From Myxococcota bacterium (GTDB lineage: Bacteria > Myxococcota_A > Polyangia > Nannocystales > Nannocystaceae), in contig JBCCHT010000015.1 in assembly GCA_039028615.1 (NCBI GenBank), forward strand, positions 170,981 through 234,980: a DNA stretch of 64,000 nt. Direction: 5' to 3'. The notes under the pieces are model-generated. The model was not told the DNA's origin and searched no databases. It was given only the letters and a program-made list of their open reading frames with translations. This document shows, piece after piece, positions 28,949-38,836 of this stretch (its first letter is position 1; the number at the start of each line of letters is the position of its first letter). A program made the position numbers and the translations under genes.

Positions 28949-31789
28949 ATGGCCAACGCACGCATGAGCACGGGGCAGGATCGACGTCTGTACTGGGCCG
29001 GACTGCTCGCGTTGCTGGCGTTGGGGATCGCGTGGATCGTCTGGCGAACCCCCACCGCAGACCCGGATGCCGAAGCCGACGCCGAGCCGGTCGTGACCTC
29101 GATCGATGCGGGCGGGGGCGAGGCGTCGGGGGCCATCGCTCGCGTGCAGGGCAAGGTCTACGTCGAGCGTCTGCGTCCACGACCGGAGCCGCTGGTCGAG
29201 GTCGTGCTCGACTCGGGTGGCGGCGTGTCGGCGAAGTGGGCGGAAGGGCGCGCCCCGGACGATGAACGCGCGGCGCCCGAGCCAGACGGAGGCACGGGCG
29301 GCACCCCCACCGAGCCGGAGGCGCCGAGCGGCGAGGGCGAGCCGGCAGGCTCGGGGGATGCAGGCGCCCCCGCGAAGGACGAGCCGGAGCATCCCGAGGT
29401 CGACCTCGAGCCGCCCTCAGGAGAGTGCCGAGTCATCGCCTGGCAGTCGGGCACGCAGGTCTCCGAGCCCACGCCCTGTGCGGCCGATGGTGCGTTCGAG
29501 GTCGAGCTGAACCCCGGGGTCCACGGGCGGACCGCCTTCGAGATCCTGGTGCCCGGCCACCTGCGAGCGGTACTGGAAGTCGACGTACCCGAGGGCGGGG
29601 TGGGGCGGCTGCCTCCGGTCGCGCTCGGTCAGGCGGAGACCATCGAGGGCCAAGTGGTCAACAGCGCGGGCGAGCCGATGCCCGGGGTGGTGGTGGAGGC
29701 GATGCCTCAGCCCAACCTGGGGGAGCCGGAGCCCTGGCGGGCCACTTCGGATGCGCAGGGCCAGTTTGCGTTTCGCACGCTGCCGCCGGGTCCGGTCACC
29801 GTGCAGGCCGAGGCCCCCGCGCATGCACCCACGGTGGTCGAGGCCATCGCTCCGCAGAGCGGTCTGCTGCTGACGTTGCAGTCGCTGCTCGAGCTCGGGG
29901 GGCGTGTGGCCGGGCCGGCCGAGGTGCTGGCGCGCGCCCATGTCCGCATCGAAGGCAGCGGCATCTGGCCCGCTGCCGAGCACCCCGTGCAGGCCGACGG
30001 GCGCTTCACGATCCCGGCCGTTCCCGAGGGCATCTATGCGTTGGAGGCGGTCGTCGAGGCCGAGATGCCCGGGGAGCCGGAGTTCGCCTCGATCCCGCTC
30101 GAGAACGTGGCACCGCCGCTCACCCTCACGCTGGCCCTGGTCCCCGCTCATCGCGTGCCGGTCGAGGTGCGAGACCCGAGCGGCAACCCGGTGGCGGGGG
30201 CTCGGGTCGTGCTGAGCAACTCGAGCGTGGGTCTGTTGCCCAAGTTCGCGCTGACCGACGAGGCGGGCCAGGTCGACGTGGGCCCGGTGGTGCCCGGACC
30301 CTACGTGGTGCGGGCCCATGCCGAGGGGTTCTTGTCCGCATCGCCGATCGCGGTGACGGTGGACGGCTCGGCGCTGCCCCGCCAGGTGCTCACCCTCGCT
30401 CAACCGGGTCGCATCGCCGGGCAGGTGGTGGACCAAGACGGACACCCGGTGGCCGATGCTCGCGTGGAGCTTTGGGCCGAGCACCTGTTCACGGCCGGCG
30501 AGAGCGGCACCCGAGAGCGCATGGCCAAGGTGGCCCTCCAGGCCGCGGGATCGCTGGGGGTGACGACGGGGCCGGTCCCCGCGGTCCCCGTGGGCGATGC
30601 CTCCGTGTCCGACGACAGCCCCTCGACCCGCACCGACCGCGACGGGCGCTTCTCGTTCGCCATGCTGACGCCCGGGCGTTACCGGCTCGAGGCCAGTCAC
30701 GGACGCTTCGCTCGCAGCGAGGAGACCACGGTCAAGCTGGGGGCCGGCCGCACGCGCTCGGATCTTCGCCTGGTGCTGCGGACCGGCCATCGCCTCACAG
30801 GGCGGGTCTTCGACGGCAACGATCGCCCGGTCGAGCACGCCACGCTTCGCTTCGGAGCCGGACGCAGCGCCACCACCGACGATCGCGGGGTCTTCGACGG
30901 CGGCATCCATCGCGGTCGCGTCCGCGTGATTGCATCGGCGCGCGGCCTGGCGCCGCGAGAGCTCGAGGTACGCATCGACGACGAGCCGGTCGACATCGAG
31001 ATCGTGCTCGGGCGCGCGCGGGCGCGGCTGTCCGGGCGCATCGAGGGCGGCAACGGAGAGGCGCTCGCCAACGCTCGGGTCACGCTGCGGACCCTCGACG
31101 GCCTGTCGTCGACGCGGATCGAGTGGACGGACGATCGGGGCGTGTACACCTTCGAGGAGCTGCCTCCGGGCGCGGTCGAGCTCGAGGTCGATCATCCCGA
31201 CTACGGTCCGCGCACCACTCGGCTCCAGCTCGCCGACGAGCAAGCGGACGAGCGGATCGATCTCGACCTGCGCAAGGGGTGGTCCATCGAGGTCGAAGTC
31301 GTAGCCGAGGGCACGGGCGAGTCGCTGAAGGGGGCGCGAGTGGAGGGCGGGGGCCAGCGGGTGCGGACCGACGCCGACGGCCAGGCCACGCTGACGCAGC
31401 TGGTCGAAGACGAGGTCACGGTGGTGGTGCACGCCGTGGGCTACGGCGAGCGGCGACTGTCGCTTTCGCGCGACGATGGCGATCGTCAGGGTCGTCGGGT
31501 GGTGCTCTCCGAAGGCGGAGGCGTCCGCGGGCGAGTGACCGACTACCGCGGCGACCCGGTGCCGGGCGTGGAGGTGGTGGTCCGGGACCTCGAGGGCACC
31601 GTGCTGGGCCGGGCGCGGACCGACGGCCGCGGTCGCTTCGACGTGTCGGGCTTGCCTGCGACCGACGTCGAAGTTGCGGCGCAGCCGCCACCCGAGCGCG
31701 AGGATGAGCTTGCGCCGACGGCGCAAAATACCGATGTATTGCGGGGGCACGTAACCAAAGGGGTCGACCTGCGGTTTGACAGGCGTTAG
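28949..31789 (+). CDS. Membrane-anchored protein with multiple carboxypeptidase-regulatory-like (CarboxypepD_reg) repeats
   Basis: N-terminal TM; repeated G.V.D..G.PV.GA.V....TD..G.F....L.PG.Y. Confidence 0.88.
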   Translation: MANARMSTGQDRRLYWAGLLALLALGIAWIVWRTPTADPDAEADAEPVVTSIDAGGGEASGAIARVQGKVYVERLRPRPEPLVEVVLDSGGGVSAKWAEGRAPDDERAAPEPDGGTGGTPTEPEAPSGEGEPAGSGDAGAPAKDEPEHPEVDLEPPSGECRVIAWQSGTQVSEPTPCAADGAFEVELNPGVHGRTAFEILVPGHLRAVLEVDVPEGGVGRLPPVALGQAETIEGQVVNSAGEPMPGVVVEAMPQPNLGEPEPWRATSDAQGQFAFRTLPPGPVTVQAEAPAHAPTVVEAIAPQSGLLLTLQSLLELGGRVAGPAEVLARAHVRIEGSGIWPAAEHPVQADGRFTIPAVPEGIYALEAVVEAEMPGEPEFASIPLENVAPPLTLTLALVPAHRVPVEVRDPSGNPVAGARVVLSNSSVGLLPKFALTDEAGQVDVGPVVPGPYVVRAHAEGFLSASPIAVTVDGSALPRQVLTLAQPGRIAGQVVDQDGHPVADARVELWAEHLFTAGESGTRERMAKVALQAAGSLGVTTGPVPAVPVGDASVSDDSPSTRTDRDGRFSFAMLTPGRYRLEASHGRFARSEETTVKLGAGRTRSDLRLVLRTGHRLTGRVFDGNDRPVEHATLRFGAGRSATTDDRGVFDGGIHRGRVRVIASARGLAPRELEVRIDDEPVDIEIVLGRARARLSGRIEGGNGEALANARVTLRTLDGLSSTRIEWTDDRGVYTFEELPPGAVELEVDHPDYGPRTTRLQLADEQADERIDLDLRKGWSIEVEVVAEGTGESLKGARVEGGGQRVRTDADGQATLTQLVEDEVTVVVHAVGYGERRLSLSRDDGDRQGRRVVLSEGGGVRGRVTDYRGDPVPGVEVVVRDLEGTVLGRARTDGRGRFDVSGLPATDVEVAAQPPPEREDELAPTAQNTDVLRGHVTKGVDLRFDRR

Positions 31790-31838
31790 AGCGCACGACT
31801 ACCGTCGTCAAACCACGCTTTCAGCGGAAGAAACACCA

Positions 31839-32414
31839 ATGAATTCGGCCCCGATCATCGCCCGCCGCCTGTTGTTCACCGCCCTCGGACTGGGCCTCGT
31901 TGCCGGCTGCGACAACAAGCCCGCGACGACCACGACCAGCCCCACCGCCGAGGACAGTTCCGCCAGCGCCAAGGCCGAGCCCGCCGACAAGGCGAACAAA
32001 GCCGAGCCCGCGAAGACGGCCGACGATGGCGCCAAGACCAAGGTCGTCGACGGCAAGGCGCCTGGCGACGATCGCTACGCGCTGCTGGTCGAGCCGCCCA
32101 CCGACGCGGCGGCCGGCAAGGAAGGCGAGGTCGTGGTGCGGGTCGTGCCCAAGGAGCCGTGGCACATGAACCTGGACTTCCCCACCTCCATCAAGATGGA
32201 CGACGCCCCGGCCGGGGTCACCCTGGCCAACGCCAAGCTCAGCAAGGCCGACGCCCGCAAGCTCGACGACACCTCCTGCGAGTTCGCCGTCAAGTTCACC
32301 CCGGACGAAGCCGGGGAACATGCCTTCACCGGCAAGTTCAAGTTCGCGGTGTGCCAGGACGAGGCCTGCTCGCCCGTCACCGAGGACCTGTCGTTCAAGG
32401 TCGCCGTCAAGTAG
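31839..32414 (+). CDS. Lipoprotein with DsbD N-terminal-like Ig domain
   Basis: Lipobox VAGC; PWHMNLDFP and FAVCQDEACSP (CxxxxC). Confidence 0.65.
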   Translation: MNSAPIIARRLLFTALGLGLVAGCDNKPATTTTSPTAEDSSASAKAEPADKANKAEPAKTADDGAKTKVVDGKAPGDDRYALLVEPPTDAAAGKEGEVVVRVVPKEPWHMNLDFPTSIKMDDAPAGVTLANAKLSKADARKLDDTSCEFAVKFTPDEAGEHAFTGKFKFAVCQDEACSPVTEDLSFKVAVK

Positions 32415-32436
32415 CGCGAACCCGCGACTTCACGTG

Positions 32437-32496
32437 ACCCCCACGGAGCAGGTGCCCGGCCCAATGCGAGGCCCGGCCAGGCTCCGCTGGGGGTTT
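32437..32496 (+). terminator. Long imperfect hairpin after the lipoprotein gene
   Basis: ACCCCCA/TGGGGGT and CGGAGC/GCTCCG pairings followed by TT. Confidence 0.45.
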
Positions 32497-32544
32497 CGAC
32501 GTTCAAGGCCCCACGGGCGCTGGACTTGATAACATGCCGGCCAC

Positions 32545-34893
32545 GTGAACGACGTCGAGCCCTCCGATCTCGATCCCGAAGCGGTCGCCCGCATCGAGTC
32601 CCTGGCGTCTTCGGTCTCCGAAGAGTTTCGCACCACGCGACGGTTGCTCAGCTTCGACGAGTGGTTCGCGCTGCTGTCGAAGGAGCCGACGGTTCATGCC
32701 CGCAGCGCGGCCCAGTACGTGCGCGATGCCTTCGAGCACTTCGGGACCCGCAGCGTGCGGACGCCCAAGGGGCAGATTCAGCGCCACTGCTTGTTCGACA
32801 GCGAGTTCGACGGCTGGCATCGGCTCGTCGGGCAAGAGGAGGCACAAAACGAGCTGTACGAGGCGATCCAGGGCTTCGTACGCCTGGGTCGCGTCAACAA
32901 GCTGGTGCTGCTGCACGGCCCCAACGGCAGCGCCAAGAGCACGCTGCTCGAGTCGATGCAGCGCGCGCTCGAGGTCTACTCCCGCACCGAGCGAGGGGCG
33001 CTCTATCGCTTTGCGTGGGTGTTCCCCAATCGGCGCCAGAGCACGGGCGGCATCGGGTTTTCGGCCAACGAATCTCTTCGCGATGCCCTCGGCGAGGAGA
33101 CCTTCGCTCGGCTCGCCTCCGACGAGATGGACGCGCGGGTCATCGACGAGTTCAAAGACCCGCCGCTATTCCTCATCCCGGTCGCCTCGCGCCGCACCCT
33201 ACTCGAGGAGATCCTGGGCGAGGAGCGGCAGTTCGTCATCAGCGACGTCGTGCTGCACGGCGAGCTGTCCCATCGCAACCGCAAGATTTTCGACGCGCTG
33301 CTCGCCTCGTACAAAGGCGACCTCCGCAAGGTGCTCCAGCACGTCCAGGTCGAGCGCTTCTTCCTCAGCCGTCAGTATCGGCAGGGCCTGGTCACCGTCG
33401 AGCCCAAGCAGACCGTCGACGCCAGCAGCTTCCCCGTGACCCGCGAGGCCGCGTTTGCGGCCATGCCCGCGTCGGTGGGCAGCCAGGCGATGTACGCGGT
33501 GCAGGGCGACCTGGTCGATGCCAACCGCGGCATCGTCAACTTCTCCGACCTGCTCAAGCGGCCCTACGAGCACTACAAGTACCTGCTCACCGCCACCGAG
33601 ACCGGTCGCGTCGCGCTCGACCACGTGATGCTCGGCCTCGACCAGATGCTCACCGCCAGCGGCAACGACCTCGAGCTGCTGCGCTTCCGCGTCACGCAGC
33701 CGGCCGAGTACCAGAGCTTCCGCGCCCGGCTCGAGCTCATCCGGGTGCCGTTCTTGCTCGACTTCCGCGTCGAGCGAAAAATCTACCAGGAGCAGGTCGG
33801 CGACATCCTGCGCGGGGTCCATGTCGCCCCGCACGTCACCAAGATCCTCGCCCTGTGGGGGGTGATGACGCGGATGCGGCGGCCGCAGGCGGAGCACTAT
33901 CCGAAGCTCGAGGAGGTCATCAAGAACCTCACGCCGCTGCAAAAGGCCGACCTGTACGCGTACGGCCGGGTTCCACGGGGCCTGTCCAGCGAAGAGGCGC
34001 GCGAGCTGCTGGCCGCCGTGCCGCAGATGTACCAAGAGACCTTCCCGCACGCGGTGGTCAAGGCCGATGGCCGCGAGCATCCGCTGGGCGACTACGAAGG
34101 CAGCTTCGGCGCCAGCGTCCGCGACCTCAAGGGCGTGCTGCTGGCCGCGGCCTCCGAAGCGGGCGCGTCGTGCCTGACCGTGCCGCGGGTGTTCGCCGAG
34201 ATTCGCGAGTACCTGAGCGACCACGCCAACTACCGCTGGATGCTCTTGTCCCGCGACGGCTCGTTTCATCACCTCGACGGCGAAGACGGCTCGATCACCG
34301 ACGCGTGCTGGGAGCGCTGGCTCGACCTGTCCGACCGTGAGGTTCGCGAGGCGCTCGGCCTGGTCGACGAGGCCCGCTACCTCGACCTGTTCCGCAAGTA
34401 CGTCGTGCACGTCTCGCACTTCGTCAAGCGCGAGCGGCTCTTCGACGAGGTCACGGGCGAGCTGACCGACCCCGACGAGAAGTTCATGGGTGACCTCGAG
34501 GGCACCATGGTCTCCGAGCTGTCCACCGACCAGGCGCGCCGTCAGCATCGGGCCGAGGTGTTGTCGCGGATCGGTGCCTGGGCGCTGTCGCACCCGAACG
34601 AAGACCCCGCGTACTACGAAATCTTCCCCGACTACTTCGCGCTGCTTCAAGAGGACTACTACAAGAAGCAGAAGGACGCGGTGTCGCGCAGCGTGCAGGC
34701 CATGCTCGGCCTGCTCTCCGAGACCGACGCGCCGCGACCCGAAGGCAAGGCGCTCGAGGCCGCCGCCCTCGACAAGGTGCGGCACGCGGTCGAGGTCCTG
34801 CTCGGCGAGCACGACGGGGGCGAGCGTCGCGACCGGCATACCCGGGAGACGCTCAAGGAGACCCTCGTCGCGCTGGCCAAGCACCGCTACTAG
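32545..34893 (+). CDS. prkA: PrkA family AAA+ ATPase / serine protein kinase
   Basis: LLHGPNGSAKSTL (Walker A), GDLVDANRG, DLLKRP, PHV, DEKFM. Confidence 0.85.
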   Translation: MNDVEPSDLDPEAVARIESLASSVSEEFRTTRRLLSFDEWFALLSKEPTVHARSAAQYVRDAFEHFGTRSVRTPKGQIQRHCLFDSEFDGWHRLVGQEEAQNELYEAIQGFVRLGRVNKLVLLHGPNGSAKSTLLESMQRALEVYSRTERGALYRFAWVFPNRRQSTGGIGFSANESLRDALGEETFARLASDEMDARVIDEFKDPPLFLIPVASRRTLLEEILGEERQFVISDVVLHGELSHRNRKIFDALLASYKGDLRKVLQHVQVERFFLSRQYRQGLVTVEPKQTVDASSFPVTREAAFAAMPASVGSQAMYAVQGDLVDANRGIVNFSDLLKRPYEHYKYLLTATETGRVALDHVMLGLDQMLTASGNDLELLRFRVTQPAEYQSFRARLELIRVPFLLDFRVERKIYQEQVGDILRGVHVAPHVTKILALWGVMTRMRRPQAEHYPKLEEVIKNLTPLQKADLYAYGRVPRGLSSEEARELLAAVPQMYQETFPHAVVKADGREHPLGDYEGSFGASVRDLKGVLLAAASEAGASCLTVPRVFAEIREYLSDHANYRWMLLSRDGSFHHLDGEDGSITDACWERWLDLSDREVREALGLVDEARYLDLFRKYVVHVSHFVKRERLFDEVTGELTDPDEKFMGDLEGTMVSELSTDQARRQHRAEVLSRIGAWALSHPNEDPAYYEIFPDYFALLQEDYYKKQKDAVSRSVQAMLGLLSETDAPRPEGKALEAAALDKVRHAVEVLLGEHDGGERRDRHTRETLKETLVALAKHRY

Positions 34894-34914
34894 CGGCGCA
34901 CGGTCGAGACTCTG

Positions 34915-34948
34915 GACGACGCGCCTGGGCTCGGCCCGTCGCGTCGTC
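34915..34948. terminator. Hairpin between convergent prkA and M57 peptidase genes
   Basis: GACGACGCG...GGGC-TCG-GCCC...CGCGTCGTC. Confidence 0.5.
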
Positions 34949-34980
34949 GGCCCATGGCACATCCGGTCGGTGTGGATCGC

Positions 34981-35811
34981 CTACCGTCCGTAGAGCGCTC
35001 GAATCGCTCGCTTGTCGTCCGCGGTGAAGTCCGGCGCCAGCGGGTTGCCGAGATCGTAGCACGCGTTCATCAACGAAGGCCGTAGCGTGCCGTCGTCCTG
35101 CGGCGTGCCTTCGATCCACACCACGCCCGCCTTGGTGTCATCGGGCGGTGTGCCATCGCCACCGCAGCTCACCACGCTCAGCGCATCCGTATGCCGTAGG
35201 CCGAACACGTGGCCAATCTCGTGCTGCCAGGCCATGACGACCTCGGCGTCGCTCAACGCCTGTTGCCTCAGGCCCACCCGGATCCGCTTGCCCGGCTTGC
35301 CTCCGGTCCCGGGCAGCAGCGATTTCCAGGCGTCGGAGTCGGGGAGGGCGACGGTCTCCACGACGTGATCGCAGGGACCCGGCGCTTGCCCATACACGTG
35401 CAGTCGGAACTGCAGCCCGAGACAGTTCCATCGCGCCATGGCGGCCTGGGCCATGTAGTAGAGGCGCGACTGGGCTTCACCCGCGAAGGGGCTCAGGTCG
35501 ATGCACACGGTGGAGTAAAAGTCGGTGTCGACGCGGCGAAAGGCACGGTAGTGGCGGAAGCTCGTCTCGCCTTGTGCCGGCTCGAAGGTCTCGGCGTCGA
35601 TGACCATGTCCCCCTGGAGGATGACTTCGCCGTCGACGTACTCGATGTCTCGCTCGGAGTAGCCGGCGGCGAGCAGGCGCTGCGTGATTTCATCGGCGTC
35701 CGCGATGATCGGTGTCGGCTCGTCGTCCTCGAAGTCGCAGCCGCTCGCGGTGACGGAGGCCGTCAGAACCACGAGACGGGGGATGATGGTGTTCGACAGC
35801 GTGCGCAGCAT
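34981..35811 (-). CDS. M57 family (dual-action HEIGH) zinc metallopeptidase lipoprotein
   Basis: Lipobox ASGC; QGDM prodomain; HEIGHVFGLRHTD; WIEGTP; SLMNAC; FTADDKRAIRALY. Confidence 0.88.
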   Translation of the reverse strand: MLRTLSNTIIPRLVVLTASVTASGCDFEDDEPTPIIADADEITQRLLAAGYSERDIEYVDGEVILQGDMVIDAETFEPAQGETSFRHYRAFRRVDTDFYSTVCIDLSPFAGEAQSRLYYMAQAAMARWNCLGLQFRLHVYGQAPGPCDHVVETVALPDSDAWKSLLPGTGGKPGKRIRVGLRQQALSDAEVVMAWQHEIGHVFGLRHTDALSVVSCGGDGTPPDDTKAGVVWIEGTPQDDGTLRPSLMNACYDLGNPLAPDFTADDKRAIRALYGR

Positions 35812-36057
35812 CGGGACCTCCGCTCTTCCAAGGGGTCACCCTCCGCGCTTCGATTCATTCACGATTGCGCGTTCGCCTCGAAGGCTCCGGGCGAGCAGGG
35901 GTAGGGGATGACCCCTGGATCGCGAACGAGCACGGGGGCGTGGGTCTCCGGGAGCGGTCTGCGCTGCGCTCGCCCGATCGTCGCGAGACGGCCAATGACG
36001 GCCCACTACGGACCATATGTTTGCCCGGGCCTCAGACCCGTGGGAGGCTTTGCGGCG

Positions 36058-37644
36058 ATGGACTTGGGCTTGCGTCGGGTTCGCCGGTCGATCTTGGCCT
36101 CGCTGGGCCTGTTGGCTGCGTGCGGGCCGAGTGTCTCGCTGGAATCCGGTGATGGCGCCGGAAGTGGCGACGATGGCGCAATGAACGAGGGCAGCACCAG
36201 TGCCCCCACGAGCACCAGTCCGTCCACTTCGCCCACCTCCGACGATGGCCCCGTGGGCTCCGGGGACGAGGCCTCCGACGATGGCCCCGTGCCCGTCGAT
36301 CCGTGCCCGGACGGCACTCCGATCCTCCAGCGGGACGTCGACGGCTCGGTGCCCACCGGGTTCGAGCTGTGTGGTGACGGTTCCATCCATCGCGTGAGCG
36401 CGGTCGCCTGCGACGACCCGATGCCGCGCGGAGACGCTTGCACGCTCGAGGGCCAGTCCTGCGAGGTCGATGCCGACTGCAATGCCGCGCCGCACGGGCG
36501 TTGTCTCGAGATGTGGGGCCAAAAAGACCTGACCTGCGGGTGCCAGTACGGCTGCGAGAGCGATGCCGACTGCGACGCCAACGAGATGTGTGCCTGCGGG
36601 GGCGAAGAAAACGGATACCCCGGGCAGTCGACCTGCATCCCCACCGAGTGCGCGAACGATGACGCCTGCGGGGACGCGATGTGCCTGCTCGGCTTCGGTG
36701 ACGACGGGTGCTCGCTGTTCTTCGCTGGAGCCTGTGCCACCGCCGACGACGAGTGCGCGTCGACCAACGACTGCTCCGACTTTGCGAACTGCTGGCCGTC
36801 GAGCGAGGGCAACTGGACCTGCGAGGACTTCTGCTGCTGCGGCCGACCGCTGCTGGTGGCGGGACGCCCGGTGACCGCCGCGGCCGTGCCCCGGGACGAC
36901 TGGACGGCGGGTCCGCGTCCCGATGCGCTCGAGCTGTCGCCGATGTTGCGGCGCCGGGTCGCCGAGTACTTCGTGCAGGCGGGGCAGCTCGAGCACGCCT
37001 CCGTCGCGTCCTTCGCCCGCTTCACGCTCGAGCTGATGAGCGTGGGCGCTCCGCCCGAGCTGTTGGTGGCCGCCCAGCAAGCCGGCCTCGACGAGATCGA
37101 CCACGCGCAGCGATGCTTCGCCCTCGCGTCGCATTACGGCGCGCGGCCGCTGGGTCCAGGACCGCTGGCCACGGCGGGGGCCGTGCCCGCGGCGACGCTC
37201 GAAGAGGTCGTGGTCGCGGTGATCGAAGAGGCCTGCATCGGCGAGACCCTGGCCGCGATCGAGGCCCGGGCGGCGTTGGCCCATGCCACCGTGCCCGCAG
37301 TGCGGGAGACGCTGGAGGTCATCGCGGCCGACGAGCTGCGACACGCCGAGCTGGGCTGGCAGACCCTGCGCTGGGCCCTGGAGGTCGCCGACGAGACCCT
37401 ACGGATGCGTCTGCTGGCGCGGCTCGAGCTGGCCATCGACAAGGCCGAGCACGACCGGCCGATCTCCATGGTCGACCACGATCGCGACGCGTTGTGCCGC
37501 CACGGCCTGCTCGACCCGGCCCAGCGTCGCGAAGCGCATACCGGGGCGATCGCCGAAGTCCTGCGGCCCTGCGCAGGTGCGCTGTGGGAGCAGTACGCTG
37601 CGGTGGCACCCGGCGACGAAGCCCCTGTACCTACGCGGGGCTGA
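36058..37644 (+). CDS. Cys-rich lipoprotein with C-terminal ferritin-like diiron domain
   Basis: Lipobox LAAC; C-x3-DC repeats; CGRP junction; EHASVASF, DEIDHA, EEACIGET, DELRHA. Confidence 0.85.
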   Translation: MDLGLRRVRRSILASLGLLAACGPSVSLESGDGAGSGDDGAMNEGSTSAPTSTSPSTSPTSDDGPVGSGDEASDDGPVPVDPCPDGTPILQRDVDGSVPTGFELCGDGSIHRVSAVACDDPMPRGDACTLEGQSCEVDADCNAAPHGRCLEMWGQKDLTCGCQYGCESDADCDANEMCACGGEENGYPGQSTCIPTECANDDACGDAMCLLGFGDDGCSLFFAGACATADDECASTNDCSDFANCWPSSEGNWTCEDFCCCGRPLLVAGRPVTAAAVPRDDWTAGPRPDALELSPMLRRRVAEYFVQAGQLEHASVASFARFTLELMSVGAPPELLVAAQQAGLDEIDHAQRCFALASHYGARPLGPGPLATAGAVPAATLEEVVVAVIEEACIGETLAAIEARAALAHATVPAVRETLEVIAADELRHAELGWQTLRWALEVADETLRMRLLARLELAIDKAEHDRPISMVDHDRDALCRHGLLDPAQRREAHTGAIAEVLRPCAGALWEQYAAVAPGDEAPVPTRG

Positions 37645-37857
37645 GGGCTCTGCGAGCGGCGCCGAGAGGCCCAATCGACCACGTTGGGTCGAACGGTTTT
37701 CGGAGTCGATCGAGCCCGTCGCCGACTCGCGACGGCCCGTGGGTCCCGGCGATGGGTGGGTCCCGCGGTGCATCGACGGTTCTTTGGAACCTCGCGCGTT
37801 TGCACTCGTGACAGTCGGTGGGCGGGCCCCTCGATGACTACGCGATACTCAGCATGG

Positions 37858-38835
37858 ATGACACGAACCCCGATGGTGCACTCGGTCTCGGCCGGCTTGG
37901 TCGTGGTCCTCGTGTTCGGCCCGGCGGCGTGCGGGGTGCAGCCCGCATCGGTGGCCCCGGCCTCGTCGAACTCGGCCGAAGAGGCGGCGACGCCCAAGCC
38001 GGCGACTCCCGAGTCCGAGCCGGAACCCGAGCCTTCGTCGGGCGCCGAGTCGGCTCCGTCCGAGAGCGCCGACGCGGCGGAGGATGCCGTCGCGAAGGCC
38101 GAGCCCGTAGCTCCGCCTCCCGCTCCCGAGGGGATGGTGCTCATCCCCGCGGGCCCTTTTATCATGGGCCCGGGCGACTGGGATCGGGCAACGAAGGTCT
38201 ACACCCCGCCCACCGACCGCGTGCATCTCGATGCGTACTACATGGACCGGCTCGAGGTCAGCGCGGGAGCGTACGCCGAATGCGTGGACGCGGGCGGTTG
38301 CCGTCCCGCCACGCGCACGAACTATTGGTGCACCGCGCCCAAGGGCAAGAAGCTCGCCAACCACCCCATCAACTGCCTCGACTGGGAGGACGCGAGGGCC
38401 TATTGCGAGTGGGCGGGCAAGCGTCTGCCCACCGAGCTCGAGTGGGAGAAAGCCGCCCGCGGTGAGGATGGCCGCCGCTTCCCTTGGGGCAACGAGCGCG
38501 TCCGTGACGTCGTCCAAGAGCGCCCCAAACAATGCCGTGGCCTTCGCACCGTGCCGCGCGACTGCTCGCCGTGGGACGAGTCGCCCTACGGGTTGATGGA
38601 CATGGCGGACAACGAGTCCGAGTGGGTCATGGCGTGGCCGGAGACGGTCGAACTCACCGAGGGGCTCCGGCCCGAGGACGCGACCGAGGTCGGGTTTCGT
38701 GGGGGCTCGTGGAACGTCGGCGCCAACTGGTGGGGCGGCGTGGGCACGCGCCACCACGGGGTGGCCCCCAACAAGCGCTTCGAGATGTACGCGCCCTGGG
38801 GGATGCGCTGCGCGCAGAGCATCCCGGGCGCGTAG
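37858..38835 (+). CDS. FGE-sulfatase (SUMF1/EgtB/PvdO) domain lipoprotein
   Basis: MVLIPAGPFIMG, HPINCLDWEDARAYCEWAGKRLPTELEWEKAARG, FPWG, RGGSW, GMRCA. Confidence 0.9.
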   Translation: MTRTPMVHSVSAGLVVVLVFGPAACGVQPASVAPASSNSAEEAATPKPATPESEPEPEPSSGAESAPSESADAAEDAVAKAEPVAPPPAPEGMVLIPAGPFIMGPGDWDRATKVYTPPTDRVHLDAYYMDRLEVSAGAYAECVDAGGCRPATRTNYWCTAPKGKKLANHPINCLDWEDARAYCEWAGKRLPTELEWEKAARGEDGRRFPWGNERVRDVVQERPKQCRGLRTVPRDCSPWDESPYGLMDMADNESEWVMAWPETVELTEGLRPEDATEVGFRGGSWNVGANWWGGVGTRHHGVAPNKRFEMYAPWGMRCAQSIPGA

Positions 38836-38836
38836 C

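Noticed and set aside
32437..32496. Long hairpin as SRP (4.5S) RNA
   Set aside because: It lacks the conserved CAGG...GGAA...AGCAG domain IV arrangement; treated as a terminator-like hairpin.
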